Assembly: GCA_963764905.1 (NCBI GenBank)
Contig: CAVXUG010000006.1
Span: forward strand, 191,589 to 255,588
DNA length: 64,000 bases
DNA from: an uncultured Solirubrobacterales bacterium
GTDB lineage: Bacteria > Actinomycetota > Thermoleophilia > Solirubrobacterales > Solirubrobacteraceae
Direction: 5' to 3'
Part shown: in pieces, positions 40,590 to 51,199 of the stretch
Position numbering within the stretch: position 1 is the stretch's first letter
Layout of the letters: every line of letters begins with the position of its first letter
The notes under the pieces: generated by a model
The model's database searches: none
What the model was told of the DNA's origin: nothing
Seen by the model: the letters and a program-made list of their open reading frames with translations, nothing else
Made by a program: the position numbers and the translations under genes

Positions 40590-41418
40590 CGCAGGAACAG
40601 GTGGGAGTCGTGCTCGAGCGCGCCGCGCAGCTCCAGCTCGAGCGGGGGGGAGAGCTCCGCCCCGGCGAGGATCCGCAGGGCCTCGGGGTGGGGGGGGTTT
40701 CCATCAGCCTCCCCCCCGTGAGCCGCGGGGAGAGCGAGAGGAACAGCTCGTCCACGAGCCCGGCCGCGAGCAGCTGCGCGTTCAGGTGCGGTCCGCCCTC
40801 GCACAGCAGCGTGCGCACGGCGAAGCGCTCGCGCAGCTCGGTCAAAGCGGCGGGCAGGTCGAGTCTCCCGTCGCGCTCGGCGCGCACGTAGTGGACCTCG
40901 GCGGCGCACTCCGGGAGGCTCGCCGCCGATCCGGTCACGATCACCACCCGCGCCGCCGGGTCGGCGAGCAGCGGGATCTCGCCCTCCAGGGCAAGGCGCC
41001 CGGAGACGATGCACGCGAGCGGCTCCTCGCTCAGGCCCCGCTCGCTGCGCAGCCGCCGGCGCGACTGATCGGGGACGATCCTGCCGTAGCGCTCCACGCG
41101 CACGGTCCCAGCTCCGGCCATGACCGCGTCGACGGCCAGGCGCAGCGCGTGGAACAGCGCGCGGTCGGCGCGGCCACTGAGCGGCCCCGAGCGCCCGCCG
41201 AGCGTCGCGTGGCCATCGGCGGTGCTGACCATGTTCAGCAGTACGTATGGACGCCCCCACCCGCCCGGGCTCGCCGGGTTGGCGCCGGCAAGCGCGTCCA
41301 GCCCGAGACCAGCCACGATCTCCTCGGCGGTGGCCGGTGCGCCGGGGGGGAGCAGGCGTTTCAGCGCGAGCGGCCGCGCCTCGGTGGGCTGGGGATTCTG
41401 CTCGGCAGCGGCGCTCAC
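40571..41418 (-). CDS. RibD C-terminal / DHFR-like reductase (frameshift in G-run near 40695)
   Basis: NMVSTADG, DAVMAGAGTVR, LLCEGGPHLN, LVDELFLSLSP, LFLRYRV. Confidence 0.82.
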
Positions 41419-41643
41419 AGGCGCACGATAAGGCCTATCTCCGTGCGGTCGCTGCACCGCGGGGCGGTGGCCCGATCGTCGGGAATGCAACATCTGAACA
41501 ACACGAGTGCCCGGGGACCTGCTACGGTCGTGAATGTCTGGCCGGCGCATAAGACCGGCGAAAGCAGTGCAAGCGCTCGCAGGTCGAAGCTCTAGCAGCA
41601 TCCTCCGCGTCGCAGCACGAACATAACGTGGAGGAGTACCCAC

Positions 41644-41847
41644 ATGCCTACTGGCACAGTAAAGTGGTTCAGCGACGACAAGGGGTTTGGTTTCATCACC
41701 CCCGACGACGGCGACAAGGACCTGTTTGTCCATCACACCGGCATCAACGGCGAGGGTTACCGTTCGCTGCAGGAGGGCTCGAAGGTCTCATATGACCCGG
41801 AGCAGGGCGACAAGGGCCCCAAGGCCGTAAACGTCCAGTCGATCTAG
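41644..41847 (+). CDS. cspA: Cold-shock protein
   Basis: [37 protein letters not shown]. Confidence 0.95.
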   Translation: MPTGTVKWFSDDKGFGFITPDDGDKDLFVHHTGINGEGYRSLQEGSKVSYDPEQGDKGPKAVNVQSI

Positions 41848-41878
41848 TTTCTGCTCGCGGGGTTTGGACCTCGCGGAC

Positions 41879-43492
41879 ATGAATGCGACTTTCCGAGAGC
41901 CCGCTTCCAAGCGGGCTCTCGTAGTTAAGGGCTGGCGCACGAAGGGTTGGCGCCCGGGCAGGGGTGCACGCCCGCACGCGCCCGCGCGGGCGGGCAGCCG
42001 CGAAGCCGCGATCGGAGCGTTCGCGCTGATGACGATCGTGCTCTGCGGCGTGTTGTTCGTGGTGGTGGCGGCGAACCGCCCGAGCCTGTTCAGCGCGACC
42101 ACGCACACGGGCTACTTTCCGCATTGGATGGCGGGGCCGCTCGGTGGGCTGCTGCCGGGGCTGACGCGCAGCTCGACCAAGCTCAAGTACCTGTTCACGG
42201 CGGCGCTCGTCGCGATGTACGCGAGCTACGTGGTGGGGCTGAAGTACGTTCCGAAGCTGCGCGCGCGCTGGGCGATCGCCGCGGTGCTGGCGGTGCAGGC
42301 GAGCTTCTTCCTGTCCCCGCCGCTGGCGCTGACCGACATCTTCAACTACGTCAACTACGGGCGCATGGAGGTCGTGCACCACCTCAACCCGTATACGACG
42401 ATCCCGATCCTCGAGCCGCACAGCGATCCGAGCTACTTCCTGTCGAACTGGCACCAGCTGCTGAGCCCCTACGGCCCGCTGTTCACGATGATGACGTTCG
42501 CGCTCGTCCCGCTCGGCGTGGCCGCGTCGTTCTGGGCGATCAAGGCGGTGCTCGGGCTGGTGAGCCTGGCGACGATCCTGCTCGTGTGGAAGTGCGCGCG
42601 GCTGCTCGGACGCGACCCGGTCGCGGCGATCGTGCTCGTCGGGCTCAACCCGATCGTGCTGGTGTGGGGTCTGGGAGGCGACCACAACGACTTCCTGATG
42701 GTGTTCTGCATCGTGCTCGGCTTCTACCTGCTGCTGCGCTCGGGGGCGTGGGTGGCTGGGGACCGATCAAAGATCGGCCAGCAGACGGAGATGGACTCAC
42801 CGACCGCCCAGCCGGCGGAGCGCATGGGGCGGCGCGAGACCCTGCGCGGGTGGCTGTGGCCGCTCGCGCCGCTGCAGCTCGGCGCGGGCGCGGCGTTCGT
42901 GACAGCGGCGGCGATCAAGGCCTCGGGGGCGATCCTGATCCCCGTCGTGCTGGTGGCCCTGCTCAGGACACCGCGCCGCGCCGCGCAGGTCGTCCTCGGT
43001 ATGGCGGCGGCTGCCGTCGCGGTCGCCGCCGCGAGCCTTTACGCCTTCGGCCTGCACCTCCCCGACCTCAGCACCCAGAGCAAGCTCGTGACGAGCCTCA
43101 GCGCGCCGAACCTGCTCGGCCTGGCGCTCGGCTCGGGCGGTGAGACCGAAACGCTGCGCCTGGTGCTGAGCGCGGTGCTGATCGGGGCGGTGCTGCTCTG
43201 CTGCGTGCCCGCCTTCCGCCGGCGGGACGCGATCACGGCCAGCGGCTGGGTGACGGTCGCACTGCTGTTGACGCTCGGCTGGGTGCTGCCCTGGTACGTA
43301 CTGTGGGTGCTGCCGCTGGCGGCGCTGTCGGGCTCGCGCCGGCTGCGCACGACGGCGCTCGTGCTCGGCGTCTACCTGATCATCGCCTGGGCGCCGGCCT
43401 CGGGACTGCTGTGGAACAAAATCGACTTCCATCCCGAAAAGACCCCGCTCGGCAGGCTGCACCAGCGCTACGTCAAGGAACTGCTGAACTAA
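41879..43492 (+). CDS. Polytopic GT-C glycosyltransferase (MptA/MptB-like alpha-mannosyltransferase); true start probably further downstream
   Basis: LTDIFNYVNYGR, HLNPY, SPYGPLF, LNP...GGDHND, IK, LPWY. Confidence 0.8.
   Translation: MNATFREPASKRALVVKGWRTKGWRPGRGARPHAPARAGSREAAIGAFALMTIVLCGVLFVVVAANRPSLFSATTHTGYFPHWMAGPLGGLLPGLTRSSTKLKYLFTAALVAMYASYVVGLKYVPKLRARWAIAAVLAVQASFFLSPPLALTDIFNYVNYGRMEVVHHLNPYTTIPILEPHSDPSYFLSNWHQLLSPYGPLFTMMTFALVPLGVAASFWAIKAVLGLVSLATILLVWKCARLLGRDPVAAIVLVGLNPIVLVWGLGGDHNDFLMVFCIVLGFYLLLRSGAWVAGDRSKIGQQTEMDSPTAQPAERMGRRETLRGWLWPLAPLQLGAGAAFVTAAAIKASGAILIPVVLVALLRTPRRAAQVVLGMAAAAVAVAAASLYAFGLHLPDLSTQSKLVTSLSAPNLLGLALGSGGETETLRLVLSAVLIGAVLLCCVPAFRRRDAITASGWVTVALLLTLGWVLPWYVLWVLPLAALSGSRRLRTTALVLGVYLIIAWAPASGLLWNKIDFHPEKTPLGRLHQRYVKELLN
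41894..41921 (+). terminator. Hairpin terminator after csp
   Basis: CGAGAGCCCGCTT-CC-AAGCGGGCTCTCG. Confidence 0.6.
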
Positions 43493-43944
43493 TCGGCAGC
43501 GGGAGGACGGCGCTCGCGCTTACGCTCCGTCGCCCGGCGCTTGGCCTGCAGGCGTCGCTCGCGCGAGGCCGCCGTCGGGCGGGTGGGGCGCCGCTTGCGG
43601 GGCACTGCCAGGGCACGCGCCAGGCGCTCTGCGAGCCGGCGCAGCGCCAGCTCGCGGTTGCGGGTCTGCGAGCGCTCGTCCTGGGCGATCGCCACCAGTC
43701 GTGGGCCGGCACGTGCGAGCGCGCGCGCGCGTTGGGACTCGCTCAGCGAGGGTGAGGCGAGCACGTCGAAGCTCGCTTCCACGCGCGAGGCGGTCACGTT
43801 GGCGTGCTGTCCCCCCGGGCCCGAGGAGCGGCTCGTGCGCACGACGATCTCCGCCAGGGGGATCGCGAGCTCGCGATTGACTCGCAGCAGCCGCCGCTGG
43901 CCGATCTGCGAGCGGTCCTCAGGCTCGTCCACCGCAGCCGCCAC
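43489..43944 (-). CDS. arfB: Ribosome-rescue peptidyl-tRNA hydrolase ArfB
   Basis: RSSGPGGQHAN, ERSQTRNR, RRPTRPT basic tail. Confidence 0.92.
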   Translation of the reverse strand: MAAAVDEPEDRSQIGQRRLLRVNRELAIPLAEIVVRTSRSSGPGGQHANVTASRVEASFDVLASPSLSESQRARALARAGPRLVAIAQDERSQTRNRELALRRLAERLARALAVPRKRRPTRPTAASRERRLQAKRRATERKRERRPPAAD

Positions 43945-43950
43945 GGCAGC

Positions 43951-44394
43951 TCATTTCGGCTGCCCGTCTGACAAATCGTGGATCGCTTTGACCCGCTGCT
44001 CCTCGCCCTCGCGCACGCGGCCGTCGCGGCCGACATAGCCGTCCTTGCCGCCGGCGCACAGGTAGATGGCGTCGACGTCGCCGACGTTGCGCAGCTTGCG
44101 CACGGTGGGGGCGTCAACGCGCGCGAAGCCGCCCGCCTCCAAGCGCTCGACCGAGCCGTCGCCGAACTCGATCTCGATCGTGCCGCTGTGCAGGAAGTAC
44201 AGCTCCTCCTGGACGTCGTGGTAGTGGAAGCCGCTTTCGATGCCCGGGGGCATCACGATCGCGTTCACGCCGAACGCGGTCACGCCGAGGCCCTTGCGGA
44301 CCTTGCGAAAGCCGGGACCGTCGCCGAGGTCGTCGAGCCGAGCGACCGCATAGCCCTCGCCCTGCTTGACCTTGGGGTACTCGGATGCCTCCAT
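43951..44394 (-). CDS. Cupin-domain protein
   Basis: HYHDVQEELYF..SG motif. Confidence 0.8.
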   Translation of the reverse strand: MEASEYPKVKQGEGYAVARLDDLGDGPGFRKVRKGLGVTAFGVNAIVMPPGIESGFHYHDVQEELYFLHSGTIEIEFGDGSVERLEAGGFARVDAPTVRKLRNVGDVDAIYLCAGGKDGYVGRDGRVREGEEQRVKAIHDLSDGQPK

Positions 44395-44427
44395 CGTGTG
44401 TGTCTCCTTATCGGTGTGGTGGTGCTG

Positions 44428-44790
44428 TCAGTGGTCCGCGACATGGCCGCCCTCGGGTGCGAGCGGCCTGCCCTCCTCGGCCCATCGTCGCAGGCCGCCG
44501 CGCATCGAGTAGGCCTCATACCCGGAGGCGCGGAACGCCTGCGCGGCCATCTCCGAGCGCCCGCCCACGCGGCAATAGAACACGACCGGCCGCTCGCGCT
44601 CGACGGTGTCGGCCGCGGCAGTGAGCTTCACCAGCTCGATGTGGCGCGTGTCCGCGATGTGGCCCGCCTCGCGCTCGTAGACCTCGCGCACGTCGATCAC
44701 CTGCAGGTCCGGCTCCCGTGCCCGCCAGTCGGCCAGCTGCTCAGGGTCGATGTCGATCTGGGAAGTGTCGAGCGCGGGGCTCACCAGCAT
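44428..44790 (-). CDS. Rhodanese-domain sulfurtransferase
   Basis: IDVRE..E..AGHI, FYCRVGGRS, GGL..W. Confidence 0.85.
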   Translation of the reverse strand: MLVSPALDTSQIDIDPEQLADWRAREPDLQVIDVREVYEREAGHIADTRHIELVKLTAAADTVERERPVVFYCRVGGRSEMAAQAFRASGYEAYSMRGGLRRWAEEGRPLAPEGGHVADH

Positions 44791-44853
44791 TGAGCGTAGC
44801 GAGGTCCTTGCCGTCTGCCGTGTGTGACAGCCCGAGTTGTGGTCTTCGTAGTT

Positions 44854-44923
44854 CGGTCGGCGCATGCGCCGACCGCGACCCCGCGCATGCGCGGGGTCGG
44901 ACGGTGCCGCATGCGGCACCGTC
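44854..44923. repeat. Three abutting perfect palindromes centred on CGCATGCG
   Basis: CGGTCGGCGCATGCGCCGACCG (44854-44875), CGACCCCGCGCATGCGCGGGGTCG (44876-44899), GACGGTGCCGCATGCGGCACCGTC (44900-44923). Confidence 0.9.
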
Positions 44924-44942
44924 TTCAATAGGATCAACAGTT

Positions 44943-46088
44943 ATGCAGGCACTCGATGAGACCTACACGATCCCCCAGGAGCACCTCGACCTCTGTGCCA
45001 CGATCTCCCAGATCGCGCGTGAGCGAATTGCGCCGCGCTCGGCGGAGATCGACGAGCAGGCCGAGTACCCGTGGGATATCCGCAAGCTGCTCTCAGAGCA
45101 GGACATCCTCGGGCTGCCGTTCCCGATCGAGTACGGCGGCACCGGCACCGGCACGCTGATGCTGAACATGGCGGTCGAGGAGATCGCGAAGGTCGACGCC
45201 TCGTGCGCGCTGATCCTGATGGTGCAGGAGCTCGGCACGCTGCCGATCCAGCTGTTCGGCAGCGATCAGCTGAAGGAGCGCTTCCTGCCGAAGTGCGCCA
45301 CAGGCGAGTGGTCGCCCGCGTTCGCGCTGTCAGAGCCCGAGGCCGGGTCGGACCCCGCCGGGATGCAGACGAGCGCCGTGCGGGACGGCGAGGAGTGGGT
45401 GATCAACGGCACCAAGAACTGGATCTCGAACTTGGGCGTCGCCGACTTCTACATCACCTTCGCGGTCACCGACCGCGAGAGCAAACGGATCACCGCGTTC
45501 GTCGTCGAGGCCGACCGGCCCGGGTTCAGCGTCGGCAAGCTCGAGCACAAGCTCGGGATCCGCGCCTCGCCGACGGGGCAGCCGATCTTCGAGGACGTGA
45601 GGGTGCCAAACGAGAACGTGATCGGTGAGGTCGGCCGCGGCCTGCGGGTCGCGCTGGGGACGCTCGAGCGCACGCGCCTCGGCGCCGCCGCCCAGGCCGT
45701 GGGGATCGCCCAGGGCGCGACCGACTACGCGGTCGCCTACGCGCGCGAGCGACGCCAGTTTGGGCAAGCGATCAATGAGTTCCAGGCGATCCAGTTCAAG
45801 CTCGCCGACATGGAAATCCGCACCGCGGCGGCCCGCGAGCTGCTGTACAAGGCGTGCGCGATGGCCGATCAGGGCCACCCGGAGCGCGCGAAGTACTCCT
45901 CGATGGCGAAGGTCTTCGCCTCGGACACCGCGATGGCCGTTACCGTGGAGGCGGTCCAGGTGCTGGGCGGGTATGGATATGTTAAGGAGTATCCGGTGGA
46001 GCGCATGATGCGAGACGCGAAGATCACACAGATCTACGAGGGCACGAACGAGATCCAGCGGCTCGTGATCGCCCGCACGCTCAAATAG
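44943..46088 (+). CDS. Acyl-CoA dehydrogenase
   Basis: FALSEPEAGSD, NGTKNWISN, RRQFG, QVLGGYGY, QIYEGTNEIQ. Confidence 0.93.
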   Translation: MQALDETYTIPQEHLDLCATISQIARERIAPRSAEIDEQAEYPWDIRKLLSEQDILGLPFPIEYGGTGTGTLMLNMAVEEIAKVDASCALILMVQELGTLPIQLFGSDQLKERFLPKCATGEWSPAFALSEPEAGSDPAGMQTSAVRDGEEWVINGTKNWISNLGVADFYITFAVTDRESKRITAFVVEADRPGFSVGKLEHKLGIRASPTGQPIFEDVRVPNENVIGEVGRGLRVALGTLERTRLGAAAQAVGIAQGATDYAVAYARERRQFGQAINEFQAIQFKLADMEIRTAAARELLYKACAMADQGHPERAKYSSMAKVFASDTAMAVTVEAVQVLGGYGYVKEYPVERMMRDAKITQIYEGTNEIQRLVIARTLK

Positions 46089-46105
46089 GACTACACCACC
46101 CGCGA

Positions 46106-46765
46106 ATGCGCATGCCGAGGCCGCCAGCACCACGACGCGCCTCCGGTCAGCTCAGACGCGTGGGCGTGGCCGCGCTGATCGCGATGTCGCTGGGGCTGAT
46201 CGTGATCGTCGTCGGTCAGGGTTTCAGCACGATCGGCGCGGTCAAGGCCGTGGAGGACGTGGGGCTCGGCGTGTTCGTGGTCGCGGGGCTGATGGGCGTG
46301 GTGGCGCTCGTGGCGGTGCGCCTGGCGGACTGGCGCGAACCGGAGTCCGAGACCGAGTTCGAAGCGCTCGTCGACCGCTCGGAGCGGCTCGCCCGCGAAG
46401 GGCTCGCGGTGGACCCCGACGAAAACGAGTTCCTCGAGCTCGATCCGCTCAACGACGAGGACTTCGAAGAGCTCGTGCGCGACGCGCTCGACGACCTGCC
46501 GGACCTGCTGCGCAACGCGCTCGCGCACGTGCCCGTGGTGATCTCCAACGGAGGTCGCCGCGCGGGCGCCTACGGCCTCTACCAGGGCGGTCAGACCCGC
46601 CGCGACGACACCCACGACCGGATCGTGATCTTCCGCGACACGCTGCGGCGAGACTTCGGCCACGACGCGGATCTGCTGCGCGAGCAGGTCGTGCGCACGG
46701 TGCGCCACGAGCTCGCACACCACGTGGGCTTCGATGAGCTGGGCGTCAGCCGCCTGGATCTCTAG
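46106..46765 (+). CDS. Membrane-anchored zincin-like metallopeptidase (DUF1025-like)
   Basis: Two TM segments; YGLYQG, DRIVIFR, VRHELAHH. Confidence 0.75.
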   Translation: MRMPRPPAPRRASGQLRRVGVAALIAMSLGLIVIVVGQGFSTIGAVKAVEDVGLGVFVVAGLMGVVALVAVRLADWREPESETEFEALVDRSERLAREGLAVDPDENEFLELDPLNDEDFEELVRDALDDLPDLLRNALAHVPVVISNGGRRAGAYGLYQGGQTRRDDTHDRIVIFRDTLRRDFGHDADLLREQVVRTVRHELAHHVGFDELGVSRLDL

Positions 46766-46826
46766 AAGATCGCCTAGAGTTGTCCGCCCGGCGCCGCCGG
46801 CAAACGACCAAGGAGAAGAGCACCAG

Positions 46827-48020
46827 ATGCCCGAAGCAGTGATCGTCGACGCCATTCGCACGCCCATCGGACGCGCGGCCAAGGGCTCGCTGAAGTCCGT
46901 CCGCTCCGATGACCTGGCGGCGATTCCGCTGCGGGCCCTGATCGAGCGCAACCCGCAGCTCGAGCAGAGCTCGATTGGCGATGTGATGATGGGCTGTGGC
47001 TACGGCGAGGGGGAGTCCGGCTACAACATCGGCCGCATCGCCCTGCTGCTGGCCGGTATCGACCACCACGTGCCGGGCTGCACGGTCAACCGCTTCTGCG
47101 CCTCCTCGTTGCAGACCACGCGGATGGCGTTCCACGCGATCAAGGCCGGCGAGGGCGACACGTACATCGCCGCGGGCGTCGAGGCCGTGAGCCGCGTCGG
47201 ACGGGGCGGCCAGTTCGAGTTCAACCACGCCGTCGACGGCTCGGAGGGATCCGCCTACAACGTCTACATCCCGATGGGCATGACCGCCGAGAACGTGGCG
47301 GATGAGCGCAAAGTCAGTCGCGAGGCACAGGACGAATGGGCGCTCGTCTCGCAGACGCGCGCGGTCGCGGCGGTCGAGTCGGGGCACTTCGACAAGGAGA
47401 TCGTTCCGGTGACCGTGCCGGCGCACAAAGAGACCGACAAGGAGGGCAACGAGATCGACGTGCCCGAGACGGTCGTGAAGCGGGACGACGGTCCGCGGCC
47501 GGGGACGACGATGGAGGGGCTCGCGGGGCTGAAGCCGGTGTTCAAGGAGGGCGGCTCGGTGACGGCGGGCAACTCCTGTCCGCTCAACGACGGCGCGGCG
47601 GCGCTGCTGGTGATGAGTAAGGAGAAGGCCGCGGAGCTCGGGTTGACCCCGAAAGTGCGGATCGTCGCCTCGACGGTCGCCGCGATCCGTCCGGAGGTCA
47701 TGGGTCTCGGCCCGATCCCCGCCATCCAGCAACTGCTCGCCAACACCGGCATGTCGATCGGCGACATCGACGTGGTCGAGATCAACGAGGCGTTCGCCGC
47801 CCAGATCGTGCCGTGCATCGAGGAGCTCGGCCTCGACCGGGAGAAGCTCAATCCCTTCGGCGGCGCGATCGCGCTCGGGCACCCGTTCGGGATGACCGGC
47901 GCGCGCATCATGACCACGCTGATCAACGACCTGGAGACGCTCGACGGTACCTACGGCATCGAGTCGATGTGTGTCGCCGGCGGCATGGGCATGGCGATGC
48001 TCGTGGAACGGCTCAAGTAG
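46827..48020 (+). CDS. Thiolase (acetyl-CoA C-acyltransferase)
   Basis: VNRFCASS, NEAFA, GGAIALGHP, MCVAGGMG. Confidence 0.93.
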   Translation: MPEAVIVDAIRTPIGRAAKGSLKSVRSDDLAAIPLRALIERNPQLEQSSIGDVMMGCGYGEGESGYNIGRIALLLAGIDHHVPGCTVNRFCASSLQTTRMAFHAIKAGEGDTYIAAGVEAVSRVGRGGQFEFNHAVDGSEGSAYNVYIPMGMTAENVADERKVSREAQDEWALVSQTRAVAAVESGHFDKEIVPVTVPAHKETDKEGNEIDVPETVVKRDDGPRPGTTMEGLAGLKPVFKEGGSVTAGNSCPLNDGAAALLVMSKEKAAELGLTPKVRIVASTVAAIRPEVMGLGPIPAIQQLLANTGMSIGDIDVVEINEAFAAQIVPCIEELGLDREKLNPFGGAIALGHPFGMTGARIMTTLINDLETLDGTYGIESMCVAGGMGMAMLVERLK

Positions 48021-48035
48021 CGCAGGATCGCGACG

Positions 48036-48072
48036 TTTTCATTCCGTCCGGAGAAACCGGACGGAATGAAAA
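48036..48072. terminator. Hairpin between convergent genes, likely bidirectional terminator
   Basis: TTTTCATTCCGTCCGG-AGAAA-CCGGACGGAATGAAAA. Confidence 0.7.
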
Positions 48073-48127
48073 GTCCGACCTGCTTGGCTGAAAGAGGACA
48101 TGCTCGCCACATGCGCGGCCGGGCGGT

Positions 48128-48889
48128 CTAGCGCGGCGGCATCCGCAGCGCGCCGTCGAGCCTGATCGTCTCGCCGTTGAGCATCCGGTTCTCGATGATC
48201 TGACAGGCGAGCTGCGCGTACTCCGGCGGCTGGCCGAGGCGTTGTGGGAAGGGGACGCCAGCGCCGAGTTTCTGGCGGGCCTCCTCGGGCAGCGCGGCGA
48301 GCAGCGGCGTGTCGAACAGGCCGGGGGCGATCGTGTTGACGCGGATCCCGTACTGCGCGAGGTCGCGCGCGGCGGGGAGCGTCATCCCGACGATGCCGCC
48401 CTTTGACGCGGAGTAGGCGATCTGGCCGACCTGCCCGTCGTAGGCGGCGATCGAGGCCGTGTTCACGCACACCCCGCGCTCACCGTCGTCGAACGGCTCG
48501 TTGGCGATCATCGCCGTGGCGGCGAAGCGCAGCACGTTGAACGTGCCGATCAGGTTGATCTGGAGGATCGTCTCGAACGGCATCAGCGGGTGCGGGCCCT
48601 TGGAGCCGGCGAGCTTCTGCGCCCAGCCGGTGCCGGCGCAGCACACGGCGATCCGCAGCCCGCCATCCCGCGCCGCGGCCTGCTGCACCGCGGCCTGCAC
48701 CTGCCCCTCCTCGCGCACGTCGCACGCGGCAAACTCCAAGCCAAGCTCGGACGCCAGCGCCTGGCCTTTCTCGGCGTTGACGTCCGCGATCGTGACGTGC
48801 GCACCCTTCTCGTGCAGGGCGCGCACAGTCGCCTCACCGAGCCCGGAGGCCCCGCCTACGACGATTGCCGCGCCTGACTCGATCTGCAT
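48128..48889 (-). CDS. SDR, 3-hydroxyacyl-CoA dehydrogenase type II-like
   Basis: [36 protein letters not shown]. Confidence 0.9.
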   Translation of the reverse strand: MQIESGAAIVVGGASGLGEATVRALHEKGAHVTIADVNAEKGQALASELGLEFAACDVREEGQVQAAVQQAAARDGGLRIAVCCAGTGWAQKLAGSKGPHPLMPFETILQINLIGTFNVLRFAATAMIANEPFDDGERGVCVNTASIAAYDGQVGQIAYSASKGGIVGMTLPAARDLAQYGIRVNTIAPGLFDTPLLAALPEEARQKLGAGVPFPQRLGQPPEYAQLACQIIENRMLNGETIRLDGALRMPPR

Positions 48890-48934
48890 CGTGGGCGAGA
48901 GCCTACAGACGTACCGCGCTCGGGTCGAGACGGG

Positions 48935-49339
48935 TTAGGGCAGGACCTCGAAGTGCTCGCGGTCGTGGAGGCGGTAGATGTGGAAGTCGTTGTCGAGTGT
49001 GAAGATGCGTTTCAGGCCGCGGTCCTCGGCGAGCGCGACGAGCGTGGCGTCGGCGAGGTCCATCGGGCGGTCTGAGTAGCGCTCCATCAGCTCGGCCGCG
49101 CGCTTGTTCTGATCCGAGGAGGGGGCGGCGATCTGGAGGTCTTCGCGCAGGGCGAGCGTCCACAGCGCCTGCTGTCCCTGCCAGCCGGCTTGGCCGAGGA
49201 GGTACATCGCCTCTGTGAACGCGGGCCATGTGGTGAGCAGCGGCAGGCGCAGCTGGCCCAGCGCGGCGCGGCAGCGCTCGTGGTCGGCCTCGTCCGCGTC
49301 GATCAACGCGATCAGCGGGCCGGCGTCGGTGAGCGTCAA
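48935..49339 (-). CDS. vapC: PIN-domain (VapC-like) toxin
   Basis: DAGPLIAL, TEA, MDLADATLV, IFTLD.DF.IYR. Confidence 0.85.
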   Translation of the reverse strand: MTLTDAGPLIALIDADEADHERCRAALGQLRLPLLTTWPAFTEAMYLLGQAGWQGQQALWTLALREDLQIAAPSSDQNKRAAELMERYSDRPMDLADATLVALAEDRGLKRIFTLDNDFHIYRLHDREHFEVLP

Positions 49340-49581
49340 GACCGGGATGGGCGGTTGCTCAGCAGCTTTCCGAACGCGGAGCCGGTGTCGCGCGCGCGCC
49401 CGCCGCCGCCGTGGATCGCACCGAGCACGTCGTCCAAGCGTCCGGGGTTGCCGGCCGCGAGGGTGCTCTCGGCGCGCTCGGAAGCAGCGCGCCGCAGGAA
49501 CTCCGACACAGACGCGCCTTCCACCGCGGCGGCCTTCCGTACACGCGCGTCCAACTTCTGATCCAACCTGAGGCTTCTCAT
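49336..49581 (-). CDS. RHH/CopG-like antitoxin
   Basis: SLRLD..L...VRKAA..EG.SVSEFLRRA; overlaps the toxin start. Confidence 0.75.
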   Translation of the reverse strand: MRSLRLDQKLDARVRKAAAVEGASVSEFLRRAASERAESTLAAGNPGRLDDVLGAIHGGGGRARDTGSAFGKLLSNRPSRS

Positions 49582-50173
49582 ATATCAGAGCGTATCACAA
49601 GTCTGTGGAAATGTGATACGCGGCCTTATCCCCTGCGGATAGCCCTCTGATCATATATACGAATGCACACCAACACCCACGCCCGACTGGCCGATTCGCG
49701 GCTCCAGGACAGGCTTTTCGGCCTGTCCGGCCCCTCCCGGAACTTGGCTTCCCAGTACCGATCTTGACTTTCAAGTACTTGAGAGTGAAGTACTGGAGAT
49801 TAGGGTAGATGGGCGGGACTTTGGGCGTAATGATGGGTTCCATCGAGAGGGATGCGCCTCGCTGACCACCGGGTCTGGAGCGTACCCCTTAACAGAGCGA
49901 TTCGGTTGAGGAGATGGGCTTCGTGGACGAGAGGGCGAGCAACCTGACGGGAGCGAGCACGCCGAGCGCGGCGGCCCGGTCGTGCCTGGCGCCCTTTGCA
50001 CCCGCCTCAGCGCCAGCTCGGTTTTCCTCGAGAACGGGCGCGCCCAGTGTTTACGCCGAAACAGCCCCTATGATGGTGACAAGAGGAAAATCCTCTGCTG
50101 TTGCTGGCATAAGCGTGTGTTCATCAGGGAGCAGGGCTAGAGGCGTCGGGCTTTCCGGCATCTCCCGAGTGGC

Positions 50174-50212
<39 letters not shown>

Positions 50213-50374
50213 GAGCGCCGCTCCGGTCTTCTAGGCAAGCGGCCTAGGTTCAGCGCCCGTCGGGGCGCTCTGCACGATCTTCTGACTGGCAGCCGCCGCG
50301 GTCTTTCACACGCGAGGCCACGGCGCTCCTCGTTCTCCACTTCCCTCCAGGACGATCCGCGGTGCGTGGCGGCG

Positions 50375-50590
50375 TTAGCGCGAGGTGGGTGTGTCGTTGC
50401 GCCGGAAGAGCTTGCGGAAGTACGCGCTAACCGACTCGGGCAGGATGGGACCTTTCGCCACGCCCGGCATTTTGACCGATTTGTAGTACCGCGGCCGTCC
50501 GTCCGATGCCGTGTACTTGTATTTGCCGTCAGACATCCTCGGATAGTCCCGGGTGGGCCGGTCGGTGGTGGATGGCTCCATGGCGCTCAT
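50375..50590 (-). CDS. Small basic hypothetical protein (71 aa)
   Basis: ATG overlaps the upstream TGA (ATGA); MSAMEPSTTDRPTRDYPRMSDGKYKY... Confidence 0.4.
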   Translation of the reverse strand: MSAMEPSTTDRPTRDYPRMSDGKYKYTASDGRPRYYKSVKMPGVAKGPILPESVSAYFRKLFRRNDTPTSR

Positions 50591-51034
50591 TGTACTCCGG
50601 TCAGCTCGAGCACGATCGCGAGCACCAACAGGGTCACCGCTCTGGCGAGCAGCCGGTCCTTGCGAGCGAGCGTCCGTTCGTTGGTATGGACGTCTTCGGC
50701 GAGATCTTTGAGCAGGGTCTCTTCGATGATCTCGTTGCCCGCGCGGGCGTCGAGCATCTCCAGCACGGACGGGCCGTTCTCCTCGGCTCCTGGCAGGCTC
50801 AGTAGCGTGTATGGCCACGCCGAGGGCCAGGACGAGCAGCGCGAGCGCGCCGATCCAGAGGTGGTGGGTGGAGCGTACGCCCAGGACGATCGCCGCGATG
50901 GCCGCGCAGGCGCTGACGACGCCGAGGGCGCCGGTGTCGAGCGTGCCGGAACGCGACATCTGCGTCTGCAGCTGGCTCACGGCCAGCAAGCAGAACCTGT
51001 CGGCGAGCCTCGGCGTGATCGGTTTCGTGGACAT
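50587..51034 (-). CDS. Small 3-TM hypothetical membrane protein (frameshift near 50805)
   Basis: GGAG RBS; two N-terminal TMs, then ...DVHTNERTLARKDRLLARAVTLLVLAIVLELTGVQ*. Confidence 0.5.
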
Positions 51035-51199
51035 GCCTACTCCCTACTCCGACCGTGGAGCGAAAACGGGACAGGACGGAGCAAAGGTTTTGCCGGCGTG
51101 TCGTCGCGCCCGCCCGGGGAAGCGGTCCTTCAACCCAACCAACTGCACCCCATCCCACAACCGAGGGGTGCCCCCCTCTGTCGCAAAGGAGAGATAGCA

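Noticed and set aside
51040..51195. Possible c-di-GMP riboswitch before the collagen gene
   Set aside because: GAAA and GCAAAG words are present but the paired stems of the class I consensus could not be built.
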